Of a stretch of DNA of 64,000 nt, positions 32,201 to 39,708 are shown piece by piece. How positions within the stretch are numbered: position 1 is the first letter of the stretch; each line of letters opens with the position of its first letter. Under the pieces are notes generated by a model. It ran no database searches. It saw only the letters and a program-made list of their open reading frames with translations, and was not told the DNA's origin. Position numbers and translations under genes: made by a program. The stretch spans positions 1,302,001 through 1,366,000 of the forward strand of contig OZ218950.1 of NCBI GenBank assembly GCA_965112735.1. The letters run 5' to 3'. This stretch comes from Phaeosaccion multiseriatum. Taxonomy: Eukaryota > Protista > Ochrophyta, other classes.

Positions 32201-35200
32201 CAATGCGGTACAGCAGCAGGTGGCTCCGGCGGCGGTAGCGCGACGCCGTCAGACACAGTTGCAGGAGCCCCGACCGCCTCGTACAGGCCAGCTGCAGGTC
32301 CACCACGTGGCGGGGGCTGATGATTCCACCAGCAGGCCTGCGCCAGGGGCGGCATCGTCAGTGGCGTCGGAGGAACCGCCACTACGGTCCGAGGCAGGTT
32401 CATCGTCGGCGGCGGTGGGCACATCATTGACTGACCTACGCGGTGATGGGTGGGTACTGGATGCGGATGGTGCCTTGCGACTCGGTAGCCAGAGTGACAC
32501 GTCCGGTGGGACTCTGATGGCAGGAGTGCAGTTGATCAAGGAGTGGTACCCTCACCTGTCAGAGCGAGTGTATGGACGTCTGCGCGAGTGCTTGGTTGCG
32601 GCAGAGGAAGGGGCTGTGACCGCGCTACTGCTCCTGCGCCCCCATGTACACCAAGCCGCTGGCACGGGTCTGAGCGGCGTTGGGGACGTTGCTGTGGCCG
32701 CATGGGCCCAACAGCTCTTGTCGTTGTGGTCTAGTCGCCCATTACAGCAGCAGGAGAAGGTGGAGCAGGATATGACCAATGCGCTGCTGCTCCTTATCCA
32801 ATTGCGAACGGTGCTGCAGGAGAGTCGCTGTCTTGGTGGTGGAGTGGAGTCGTGGGATGCAGGAGAGCTTGTGGTGGAGCAGCGGCGCCGTGCCAAGCTC
32901 ACTACGGAGCGGGCTCAGTTCTGGCTCAGGGAGCTACCGTCGCCCCTGCACGCTATCACGATTGGCGACGGTGCCTGGACGGAGGTGCAACGCTGGGGAC
33001 TGGTGGCGATCCTTCGCGCTCGGTCGCAAGCATTCTGTCAGAGGCCTGGTGACTACGGTCGGACGGATACTCTCTTCTTTGAGTGGGGACTGAAGGATGC
33101 GAATCAGCAGCCCATTCGGAGCTCCGCTCGACGGTATCCTCCACATTTGCGGCGGGGGATTGAGATTGAGATTGACAAGCTTCTCGCGGCTGCCATCATT
33201 CGCCCCAGCACTTCCAGCTGGGCTACTCCGCTGATGGCGGTCTTGAAGACGGACGCAGCTGGCAAAACCAAGTGTCATGAGGATGGGACGCCTGTGGTAC
33301 GTATGACGTGTGACTTGTCTCAGCTGAATGATGCGTGTCGCACGGAGGCCCCTGCGATGCCGGTGATTGATGATCTGCTGGCAGAGATGCATGGCTCCAA
33401 GGTGTTCTCGGTGATGGACATCATGTCGGGCTACTTCAATGTGCCGATGGCATCAGCAGCGGAAGAGGACATATCCACCTTTGTGTGCCACAGTGGAACT
33501 TACGCTTGGCGAGTGATGCCGCAGGGCGCGAAGAATGCGCCTGCAGTCTTTGTGCGGCTTATGAACAAGGTGCTCAAGGGGCTTCAGGAGCATGTGGCAT
33601 GCTTTGTGGACGATATTGCTGTGTTTTCGGCTACGGTTGAGCAGCATCTGGAGCATTTGGATGCTGTGCTTGCGCGGTTGGTGGAGCACAAGCTCAAGTT
33701 GGAGCCGAGTAAGGCTGTATTGGGTGCACCGGAGGTGCGGTTCTGCGGGCATTTGCTGGATCAGAATGGGGTGCGCACAGACCCGGCCAAGCATGCGGCG
33801 GTGCAAGAGCTGGTCAAGCCGTTGAGGTTGCTTGCGAAGGATGGCGGCGTCAATCGAGTTAAGCAGGTGCGGCGTTTCATTGGCATGCTCAGCTACTTTC
33901 GCCGTTTCATTCCGGAGTTTGCGCGCAAAGTGCGGCCCCTCAATGGGCTGCTGCGTAAGGGCGTCGACGTGAGCACCGCCTGGAATGCCTCGCACGATGC
34001 AGCTTGGGATGGACTCGTTGCCGACTTGTTGTCTTCCCCTGCACTGGCTTTTCCGGAGTACGGGCCAGCGACGACTTTCACCCTGAGTACCGATGCCTCG
34101 ACGGAAGGGTTAGCAGGAGTGCTCTCTCAGAAAGATGCGACCGGGGAGGAGCGTGTGGTGACGTTCATCAGTCGGGCTACCACGGAGACGGAGGCGCGAC
34201 TGAGCAGCACGGAGCTGGAGCTGCTGGCAGTGGTGTGGTGTGTGCGCAAACTGGCCATGTACATCTGCCACTACCCCACCACAGTGGTGACGGACCATCA
34301 GCCCTTGTTGTGGTTGGCTGGGCACAAGGATACCAATTCCAAGCTGTTCAGATGGTACGAGCGGCTCTCTACGCACCACTTGCAGTTTGTGCATCGTCCC
34401 GGGAAGCAAATGGTGGTGCCTGACTGCCTCTCTCGCAACGCGCTTCCGGTGCAGGAGTGGGAGACGCATGCGGGGGTAGACTTGGCCATGGTTGCGTGCG
34501 AGTGGCCGTCGCCCTTGCACACCTGGTGTGCTTCGATGGGGGTGCAGTTGAACCTGGTGGAGATGGTAGGGGACGAGTGCAGCCTTCATTGGGAGGAGCC
34601 CACGGAGGGCGCACTGCTTCGCTTTCTCGCAGTGGCGCAACAGCTGCAGGGCGAAGCCGACACACGCCTTCCTATTCCTGTGCCTGCCGTGACGGCCCAG
34701 CAACAGCAGCAACGGTGCCACCACCAGCAGCAGAGCGGAGCGGAGGCCCTACAAGCCTGGCAGACTGCAGAGGTGGACTTGGCGGCGACGCAGTCACGCA
34801 GGGGTACTGCTCGGCGTGCTTGGACACAGCGTCTTCAGCAATGTGGATGGCAGCCTACGCGAGCACCTCAGCTGGGTGTGAAGAAGGCTGTGATAGAGGC
34901 CTGGCAGCCGGGTCAGATGCCGCCATTTGTGAGTCACATTTCCGCAGCGAGGTGCACGTACGTGTCTACGCCGAGGCACGTGCAGGCTCTATCGACTCAG
35001 TTGCGCTCAGCCAAAGTGGTCGCTATGGATTCGGAGTGGGCGCGTCACCGACGGCGCGCGTCGCTGCTGCAATTGGCCGTGCAGGTTGGGCCGCTGCCGG
35101 ATGTGGCGCGTGACTATGGGCTCTTGATTGATCTAGACGCGCTTCAGAAGGCGGGGGGTATGATGGTACTGGCGCAAGTGTTGCGGGACCTGTGGGCCGA

Positions 35201-38200
35201 ACCCTCGATTGTGAAGCTGGCTCACCACTGGAGTCACGACCAACGTGCCCTGGGCCGATGGCCGGAGCTCGCGGAGCATGTCCAGCACATCGTCAACTTG
35301 GTGGACACCAGTGACCTCTTTAAGCGCGTGTGCCCCGAACATACTCAGTTCATCGGACTCCAGGACCTTGTCAGCATGTTTTTGGAGCAACACCTTAGCA
35401 AGGAGGAGCGGGCCACCGATTGGACGAAGCGGCCGCTGTCCGCCGCTCAACGGGAGTACGCGTTTGCTGACGCTGCGGCGCTCCTCCGCCTCTGGCCTCG
35501 CATGGCGGAGTGTGTGCCGTTCGTCCATGGTGGCCCGGGGGTGGAGCTTAGCGCGATGAGCCCTGCTCACACCCCTGCGGAGCAGGAGGAGATGCAAGTC
35601 GGCAGGTTCATGCAGGCCGCGGTTGGTTATTGGGGCGATCGCGACCACGTGTCACCGCTCTACATCTTTGGTGTCCACTCCAAGACGTTGGAGGTATTCG
35701 ACCTGGCCAAACTGCAATTCAAACTGCAGTGCTCGTGGGAGACAATGATGCAGATGGTGGAGCGGTTCACGCGGACATATAAGCGCCAGCGGAAGGTGGT
35801 GGGCGCGTTGGCCAGTCATCTAGATACCATGATCGAGTTGCCATGGAAGCAAGTCCGTCAGGTGTCGCGTGACTACTTCTCGATGTGCACACCAGCGGAG
35901 GCTCAGCAAACGGGTGCCGCGGCCGCTCATGCGTGGGCTGCATGGGAGGCCGAGCTTGAGGAGGATGCGTCTCGTCTGCCCTCGGAGGTGTGTCCAGCTG
36001 CTGTTGCTGGTGCCACCGAGGGTGAGGAGCTTGTTACGGAGGAGGGCCGCATCACCCACCCTGGGGAGCCGCCTGCTGCGGAGTCGCCGTCGGAGCCTGG
36101 TACGGCAGATCTACTGGTCACGGAAGAAGCGGGGGATGCAGGTGATGAAGCTGCGGATGCAGTGGATAATGAAGCTGAGGAGGCAGTGGATTCAGTTTCC
36201 AAGGAGCCGGTGGAGCAGGAGTCCACCTTGCAGCGCGAGCTTGATGGGCATCGACGAGAGGCAGAGCGACAGTTTGGGTGGTCTCTACCAGGCACGGTGC
36301 CTGCTGCCGCGGCGCACAGACGAGCGGCTGGAGCTTTGGGTGGCAGTCTGCATGTCGAGGCCGCGTGGTGGGTGCGTGCGCAGCGGGCTGATGCGGAGCT
36401 GGAAGCACTCCGTCGCCGTGTTCAGGCTGGGCCCACCGGCGGCGTGGTGGATGCAGGTGGGGGTGAGTTCTTTGTGGATGAGGACGGGCTCTTGATGCGT
36501 AAGTGGGCTCCTGGGGGCTTTCGGTGGCGGGTGCGGCACACTCGGCTACAAGTATGTGTGCCCAAGGAGATGCGGCCAGCCTTGCTGCATGCCGCCCACA
36601 CCGATGCCATCGCAGGTGGGCACCAAGGCCCGGGACGTATGCTAGACGCGCTGCAAGAGCGCGTATGGTGGGAGAAGATGAATGCACATGCGCTGTATTG
36701 GGCCCGCTCCTGTCTGGCGTGCCAGACACGCAAGACTCCTCGCCGGCAGCCAAAGCCTGTGCCGCTGTCGTCCATTTCCAAGGTGGATGGACCTTGGGCG
36801 GTCATGGGCGCTGATGTGGCTGGCCCCTTTCCTATGGGCATGGGCGGTGAGGAGTACCTCTTGGTGTTTCAGGATTGGTTCACGAAGTGGACAGTGGTGG
36901 TGCCTTTGAGGGCACAGGACTATACGGCGGAAGGTATTGCTCGGGCCTTCGTGCGGCATGTCGTCACCACCCTGGGTGTGCCCCGAGTGCTGGTGAGTGA
37001 TCAAGGCTCGCAGTTCACCAGTGCGCTCATGGGCGATGTGATGCGAGTTCTATCGGCGTCGCAAGTGTTCACGACGCCGATGCACCAACAGGCCAATGGG
37101 CAGGTGGAGCGCTTCATGGCCACGATCAAGGACATGTTGGCGACGACCGTGGAGTCACAGATGCAGCAGTGGCCAGATTACGTCGCCGGGCTCACCTATG
37201 CGTACAACTGCCGCTCGCAGGAGAGCACGGGGATGGCGCCATTCTACGCCTTGTTCGGTCGGCACCCCCCGGTGCCTCTACAGGCGATGCTTCCGGCGCT
37301 AGTGGAGGACGGGTCGTTTTCGTCTGCCTCGGCATGGGTCCACGAACTGCGGGCACGTCTGGCTGCGGCTGCGGCGGTGGTCAATGGGAGGCGCTGCGAC
37401 TACCACGGGAGATTGCAGCTGAAGAACGCCTCACGCCGTTGGCCGACGCCCCTGCGACCCGGAACCAAGGTGATGTTGTATCGTCCTGGTGCCGCCGCCC
37501 AGCAAGAAGGGGAAGAACTCGAAGGGCCCCCGTCAGCGCAACTCAAGGCTCTGCAGCACTCGTGGGATGGTCCTTATACAGTCTTGCCTTGGCCAGCTCT
37601 GGGGGCCTACTGTGCTCAGCATGGGCGGGTGAGTGAAGAGCACTATCAGGTCATGCAGCGCAGCGCAGTGTATCTGTCTATGAAACGGGTGCGCGGCAAT
37701 GGTGTGGAGCAGCTGCAACGGGCGTACCACAGAGACTTGACGAAGCCGTTCATCGATGGGGTGAGCGAGCGGCCCTTCGGTCTCCCGGAAGGGTTCGCCA
37801 GGTATCATATCCGTTGGTGCTCTCCTCAGTGGGCTACCAGCGCAATGCAGGAGCAGCGTAGCTTAGAGCTGGACGAGGTGAGTGAAGGGAAAGTGCCCAC
37901 GCTGGCGAGGATTGTGAAGTTCCGCTGGCGCAAAGCCACGGGGCTGCCACTGCGGCGAGAGTATAACGTGCGGTGGGCGGTGTCGGACGGCGGCACTTTC
38001 CAGACCTGGGAATGGGCTGAGTGGTTACTGGAGCGGGGACACGCCAAGGCCATAGAGGCGTTCGAGAACGCCCTCCCGCACACTGCCCTTGATCCAGGAG
38101 TGAATGTCAAAAGAGGGCATAGGTCTAAACGGGAAAGCACGATCCGTCTGCGGCAACATGAGAAGTGGGGCAGCGGGCTGGCGCACGAGACGCAATTCTA

Positions 38201-39708
38201 TCGCTCGCATCTCGGCTTCTGAGGGAGCTGGCGGAAGAGGCGGGGGTGTAGTGAGGGGGATGTTAGAAGTGGCCTAGTTGGGGTCCCTTGGGGACCCAAT
38301 CAGTAGTGTAACGGCCGGAAAACGGGCCAACTAGACGGTAAATCAGTAATAAAAGGAAGGAAGCGCAGCCTGCGTGTGGGCTGGCTTCCGGGTGCTTGCT
38401 TCAGCTCCTGCTCTGCTCTAGCTTGGCTTTGAGGCTAGCTGTCGGTAGTTTCGACATGATTCTCTCTCTCTGCTTGCTTCAGTCATCACTACTGAAAGGG
38501 GTACATCGACCCACCTGTTTTGCTCTCAAGCAGAGCTTCCTTGTCAAGCCCTGCGTCGCGAAAGGTCTCGTAGGCCACCTCCAACATGACTGAGTGTGTT
38601 GAGGAGAACAGCAAAGCAGGCGAGACCCTTGTTGGTTATACTGAAGACGAAACAAGTCCGAGCGAGTCACCATTGTGACGCTTTGCGTACCTCGCTGCTG
38701 AGGGTCCATTGCGGACGCTTCCGGGTCAGAGATGTTGAAGAAGGCGTTATCGAACAGCTCTACGTCGGGGAGGAAGCCCCCCCGCGTGGGGTAGCCGCTG
38801 TCCAAGGCCGCAGGCTCCCATCTGTGAGAGAGACGTGCGCGAACGCGGGAGGAGTGTTTTGGGAGGCGCCAGGCAGCAAGCAAGGGCAGTGAAGCAGGGA
38901 GGGGGCGTGGTGAAGGAGAGAAAGATAAGTGTGAGAGCAATCAGCTCTCCTCGACCGTGTGTACAGTGATTCTTCAGCCCTCATCCCGTCCACTACCATC
39001 CCAACCACTCCAGCAAGATCTGCTGCGGTGGCAGGAGGGGCGCGGGGCGGGCGGGGGCAAAATGCTAAGCAAGAAGCGCCGTGATGCACGCTGCCCAGCC
39101 ACCATCTCCAAGGTTCCGTCGCCCAGACCCAACCACCGCCCACTCACGCACCTATCTGTGGGCATGTCTGTGATGCCGCTGCCCTCCCTGCAGAGCAGGT
39201 CCCACAGCTCAGGAACGGAGTTGGCACCTCCTGGGAAGCGGCAGGCCATTCCAACAATGGCAATGTCGCCACGACGATGGCCGCCTTTCTGGCTTCTCGT
39301 TGGTCCGCTGCCCATGTTTGGGTGCGTGGGGGAGAGAGGCGCCCTTCCAACCTCCTCCTCTTTGCCCTTGCCATCGTACCAAAAGTCAAAGGGCTTCTTG
39401 TCGCCGAGGTCAGCAACAACCTCCTCGTGAGCCCTCCTCGTTTGAGAGGCCGAGGAGACTCCTTCGTCGATTCCGCCTCGTTGTTCCTCCTTTTCGTCGC
39501 CTGCTGGAGAGTCTCGCTCCCACAAGACTTGCGTCACCCCCCCCATTGGAACGTTACGACGGCCTTCCTCGCCCCTGGAACCTTCATTTCCATTCTTGGC
39601 GTGGCGGGAGAGGAGGAAGGGCTTCTTCTGGTCATCCCCTCTGCCTGCTGTCTCGCCGGACGTCACTCCTCCCAGGGCATCGTCCCCTCCTCGTCCACCA
39701 TGATCCAT
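1616..39708 (-). CDS. Spliced multimodular type I polyketide synthase (3'-partial): KS(S)-ACP-KS-AT-DH-ER-KR-ACP-KS-DH-ER-KR-ACP-KS-AT-KR-ACP-KS-DH-ER-KR-ACP-KS...
   Basis: Exons deduced from GT-AG junctions that restore KS/AT consensus: 39708-39152, 38821-38691, 38589-38515, 25868-25521, 25002-24493, 24019-22897, 22729-21952, 21793-16509, 16346-11301, 11138-6882, 6726-1616 (apparent 1-bp deletion at ~5987). Motifs: KS xTACSSS/EAHGTGT/NIGHLE; AT GHSLGE and HAFH; DH HxxxxxxxxP and HPAVLD; ER HAASGGVG; KR GGLGxLG, LDD, NYAAAN; ACP G(L/M)DS. The start ATG is tentative. Confidence 0.92.
2320..7510 (-). other. PKS extension module 4: KS-DH-ER-KR-ACP (no AT), with apparent frameshift in the KS-DH linker
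   Basis: LQTACSSS, EAHGTGT, NIGHLE; DH KDHAVNNVVIIPG, HPAVLD; ER HAASGGVG; KR LDD, NYAAAN; ACP AGLDSLS. Confidence 0.85.
7580..11930 (-). other. PKS extension module 3: KS-AT(malonyl)-KR-ACP (no DH or ER)
   Basis: LFTGQGSQ, GHSLGE, HAFH; KR GGLGGLG, HAAGVLDD, GQMNYAAAN; ACP AGLDSMAS. Confidence 0.88.
10512..19340. repeat. Near-identical intragenic duplication: ~10512-12130 = ~15720-17340 (offset 5208, includes a 162-bp intron) and ~12410-14130 = ~17625-19340
   Basis: Long stretches are identical by eye. The ORF track gives identical or near-identical translations for paired spurious ORFs (e.g. 10686/15894, 11184/16392, 11703/16911). Confidence 0.93.
12010..17140 (-). other. PKS extension module 2: KS-DH-ER-KR-ACP (no AT)
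   Basis: KS end (FGAGGTNAHVLL) is followed after ~60 aa by DH (QEHAVGGVVLMPG). No GQGSQ/GHSxG/HAFH motifs are present. Confidence 0.88.
17210..23520 (-). other. PKS extension module 1: KS-AT(malonyl)-DH-ER-KR-ACP
   Basis: DTLCSSS; FTGQGSQ, GHSLGE, VSHAFHS; QDHAVGGVVLMPG; HAASGGVG; HAAGVLDD, GQANYAAAN; AGLDSMS. Domain boundaries approximate. Confidence 0.88.
24146..24455. repeat. (GAGT)n microsatellite inside a PKS intron
   Basis: Tandem gagt units, directly visible. Confidence 0.97.
25965..26160 (+). repeat. 5' LTR (196 bp)
   Basis: tgttagaag...tttcgaca; same as 38261-38456. TATA/polyA-like taataaaa at 26051-26058. Confidence 0.97.
26161..26169 (+). promoter_or_regulatory. Putative self-priming primer-binding site
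   Basis: ACCCGGAAG immediately after the LTR is the exact reverse complement of CTTCCGGGT at 26089-26097 in the LTR. No TGG-starting tRNA PBS is present. Confidence 0.72.
26303..28527 (+). CDS. gag: Gag-like protein with C-terminal CCHC zinc knuckle (frame disrupted at ~27710-27750 in this copy or assembly)
   Basis: First ATG at 26303, coiled-coil-like region, then ORF 27790-28527 with CMTCRRAGHGWIEC (C-x2-C-x4-H-x4-C) at 28321-28362. Confidence 0.78.
28525..28566 (+). promoter_or_regulatory. Putative stop-codon readthrough signal (UGA-CGG plus 3' stem-loop)
   Basis: Single in-frame TGA between gag and the protease ORF, followed by CGG and the stem ccccggggctgct/agcagccctgggg (13 bp with one G-U, 5-nt loop). 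Confidence 0.75.
28528..31986 (+). CDS. pol: pol part 1: long Gln-rich spacer plus retroviral-type aspartic protease
   Basis: Open in the gag frame from 28528. ALMDSGCTG (Asp codon 30556-30558) and PIFLGQDFF motifs. Confidence 0.85.
31911..38222 (+). CDS. pol: pol part 2: reverse transcriptase, RNase H, DEDDy 3'-5' exonuclease, integrase, chromodomain
   Basis: RT: IRPSTSSWATP, MPQGAKNAP, FVDD (33603-33614). RH: TDAS, ELELLAVV, TDHQPL. Exo: AMDSEW...HDQ...DWTKRPLSAAQREYAFADA. IN: HHCC zinc finger, DDE core, GPY. Chromo: YNVRW...TWE. Confidence 0.95.
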   Translation: MGERLGATTGAAGASRALGALLGGIVRVPARRADTPRVDSKEETAAWLATQQAKRLQAAQQQARQQRQWALQRRHKAQREELFKRADSSAAQQVQRSNAVQQQVAPAAVARRRQTQLQEPRPPRTGQLQVHHVAGADDSTSRPAPGAASSVASEEPPLRSEAGSSSAAVGTSLTDLRGDGWVLDADGALRLGSQSDTSGGTLMAGVQLIKEWYPHLSERVYGRLRECLVAAEEGAVTALLLLRPHVHQAAGTGLSGVGDVAVAAWAQQLLSLWSSRPLQQQEKVEQDMTNALLLLIQLRTVLQESRCLGGGVESWDAGELVVEQRRRAKLTTERAQFWLRELPSPLHAITIGDGAWTEVQRWGLVAILRARSQAFCQRPGDYGRTDTLFFEWGLKDANQQPIRSSARRYPPHLRRGIEIEIDKLLAAAIIRPSTSSWATPLMAVLKTDAAGKTKCHEDGTPVVRMTCDLSQLNDACRTEAPAMPVIDDLLAEMHGSKVFSVMDIMSGYFNVPMASAAEEDISTFVCHSGTYAWRVMPQGAKNAPAVFVRLMNKVLKGLQEHVACFVDDIAVFSATVEQHLEHLDAVLARLVEHKLKLEPSKAVLGAPEVRFCGHLLDQNGVRTDPAKHAAVQELVKPLRLLAKDGGVNRVKQVRRFIGMLSYFRRFIPEFARKVRPLNGLLRKGVDVSTAWNASHDAAWDGLVADLLSSPALAFPEYGPATTFTLSTDASTEGLAGVLSQKDATGEERVVTFISRATTETEARLSSTELELLAVVWCVRKLAMYICHYPTTVVTDHQPLLWLAGHKDTNSKLFRWYERLSTHHLQFVHRPGKQMVVPDCLSRNALPVQEWETHAGVDLAMVACEWPSPLHTWCASMGVQLNLVEMVGDECSLHWEEPTEGALLRFLAVAQQLQGEADTRLPIPVPAVTAQQQQQRCHHQQQSGAEALQAWQTAEVDLAATQSRRGTARRAWTQRLQQCGWQPTRAPQLGVKKAVIEAWQPGQMPPFVSHISAARCTYVSTPRHVQALSTQLRSAKVVAMDSEWARHRRRASLLQLAVQVGPLPDVARDYGLLIDLDALQKAGGMMVLAQVLRDLWAEPSIVKLAHHWSHDQRALGRWPELAEHVQHIVNLVDTSDLFKRVCPEHTQFIGLQDLVSMFLEQHLSKEERATDWTKRPLSAAQREYAFADAAALLRLWPRMAECVPFVHGGPGVELSAMSPAHTPAEQEEMQVGRFMQAAVGYWGDRDHVSPLYIFGVHSKTLEVFDLAKLQFKLQCSWETMMQMVERFTRTYKRQRKVVGALASHLDTMIELPWKQVRQVSRDYFSMCTPAEAQQTGAAAAHAWAAWEAELEEDASRLPSEVCPAAVAGATEGEELVTEEGRITHPGEPPAAESPSEPGTADLLVTEEAGDAGDEAADAVDNEAEEAVDSVSKEPVEQESTLQRELDGHRREAERQFGWSLPGTVPAAAAHRRAAGALGGSLHVEAAWWVRAQRADAELEALRRRVQAGPTGGVVDAGGGEFFVDEDGLLMRKWAPGGFRWRVRHTRLQVCVPKEMRPALLHAAHTDAIAGGHQGPGRMLDALQERVWWEKMNAHALYWARSCLACQTRKTPRRQPKPVPLSSISKVDGPWAVMGADVAGPFPMGMGGEEYLLVFQDWFTKWTVVVPLRAQDYTAEGIARAFVRHVVTTLGVPRVLVSDQGSQFTSALMGDVMRVLSASQVFTTPMHQQANGQVERFMATIKDMLATTVESQMQQWPDYVAGLTYAYNCRSQESTGMAPFYALFGRHPPVPLQAMLPALVEDGSFSSASAWVHELRARLAAAAAVVNGRRCDYHGRLQLKNASRRWPTPLRPGTKVMLYRPGAAAQQEGEELEGPPSAQLKALQHSWDGPYTVLPWPALGAYCAQHGRVSEEHYQVMQRSAVYLSMKRVRGNGVEQLQRAYHRDLTKPFIDGVSERPFGLPEGFARYHIRWCSPQWATSAMQEQRSLELDEVSEGKVPTLARIVKFRWRKATGLPLRREYNVRWAVSDGGTFQTWEWAEWLLERGHAKAIEAFENALPHTALDPGVNVKRGHRSKRESTIRLRQHEKWGSGLAHETQFYRSHLGF
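38261..38456 (+). repeat. 3' LTR (196 bp)
   Basis: Identical by eye to the 5' LTR; preceded by the PPT and followed by TSD TGAT. Confidence 0.97.

Larger units (their letters stand above)
25965..38456 (+). mobile_element. Full-length (12,492 bp) Ty3/gypsy chromodomain LTR retrotransposon carrying an extra 3'-5' exonuclease domain; inserted antisense in PKS intron 3
   Basis: Two 196-bp LTRs identical by eye (TG...CA). TSD TGAT at 25961-25964 and 38457-38460. PPT gaggggga at 38253-38260. Domain order gag(CCHC)-PR-RT-RH-Exo-IN-chromo. Confidence 0.97.
23600..39270 (-). other. PKS loading module: KS with active-site Cys->Ser (NTASSSS) plus ACP, no AT; split by 5 introns
   Basis: IAIVGMACRFPGG (~39260), TINTASSSSLVA (Ser codon 25710-25708), EAHGTGT, NLGHAEAAAG, VNSFGFGGVNAH, then ACP AGMDSLALMEL (~23715). 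Confidence 0.85.

Noticed and set aside
38222-38260. env-like or extra ORF3 in the retroelement
   Set aside because: Only ~40 bp separate the pol stop from the 3' LTR.
1-38456. The two retroelement matches as one segmental duplication, or as LTRs of a single giant element enclosing the PKS
   Set aside because: Flanks differ (cacac vs tgat), copy 1 has its own TSD and LTR pair, and the LTR variants differ.
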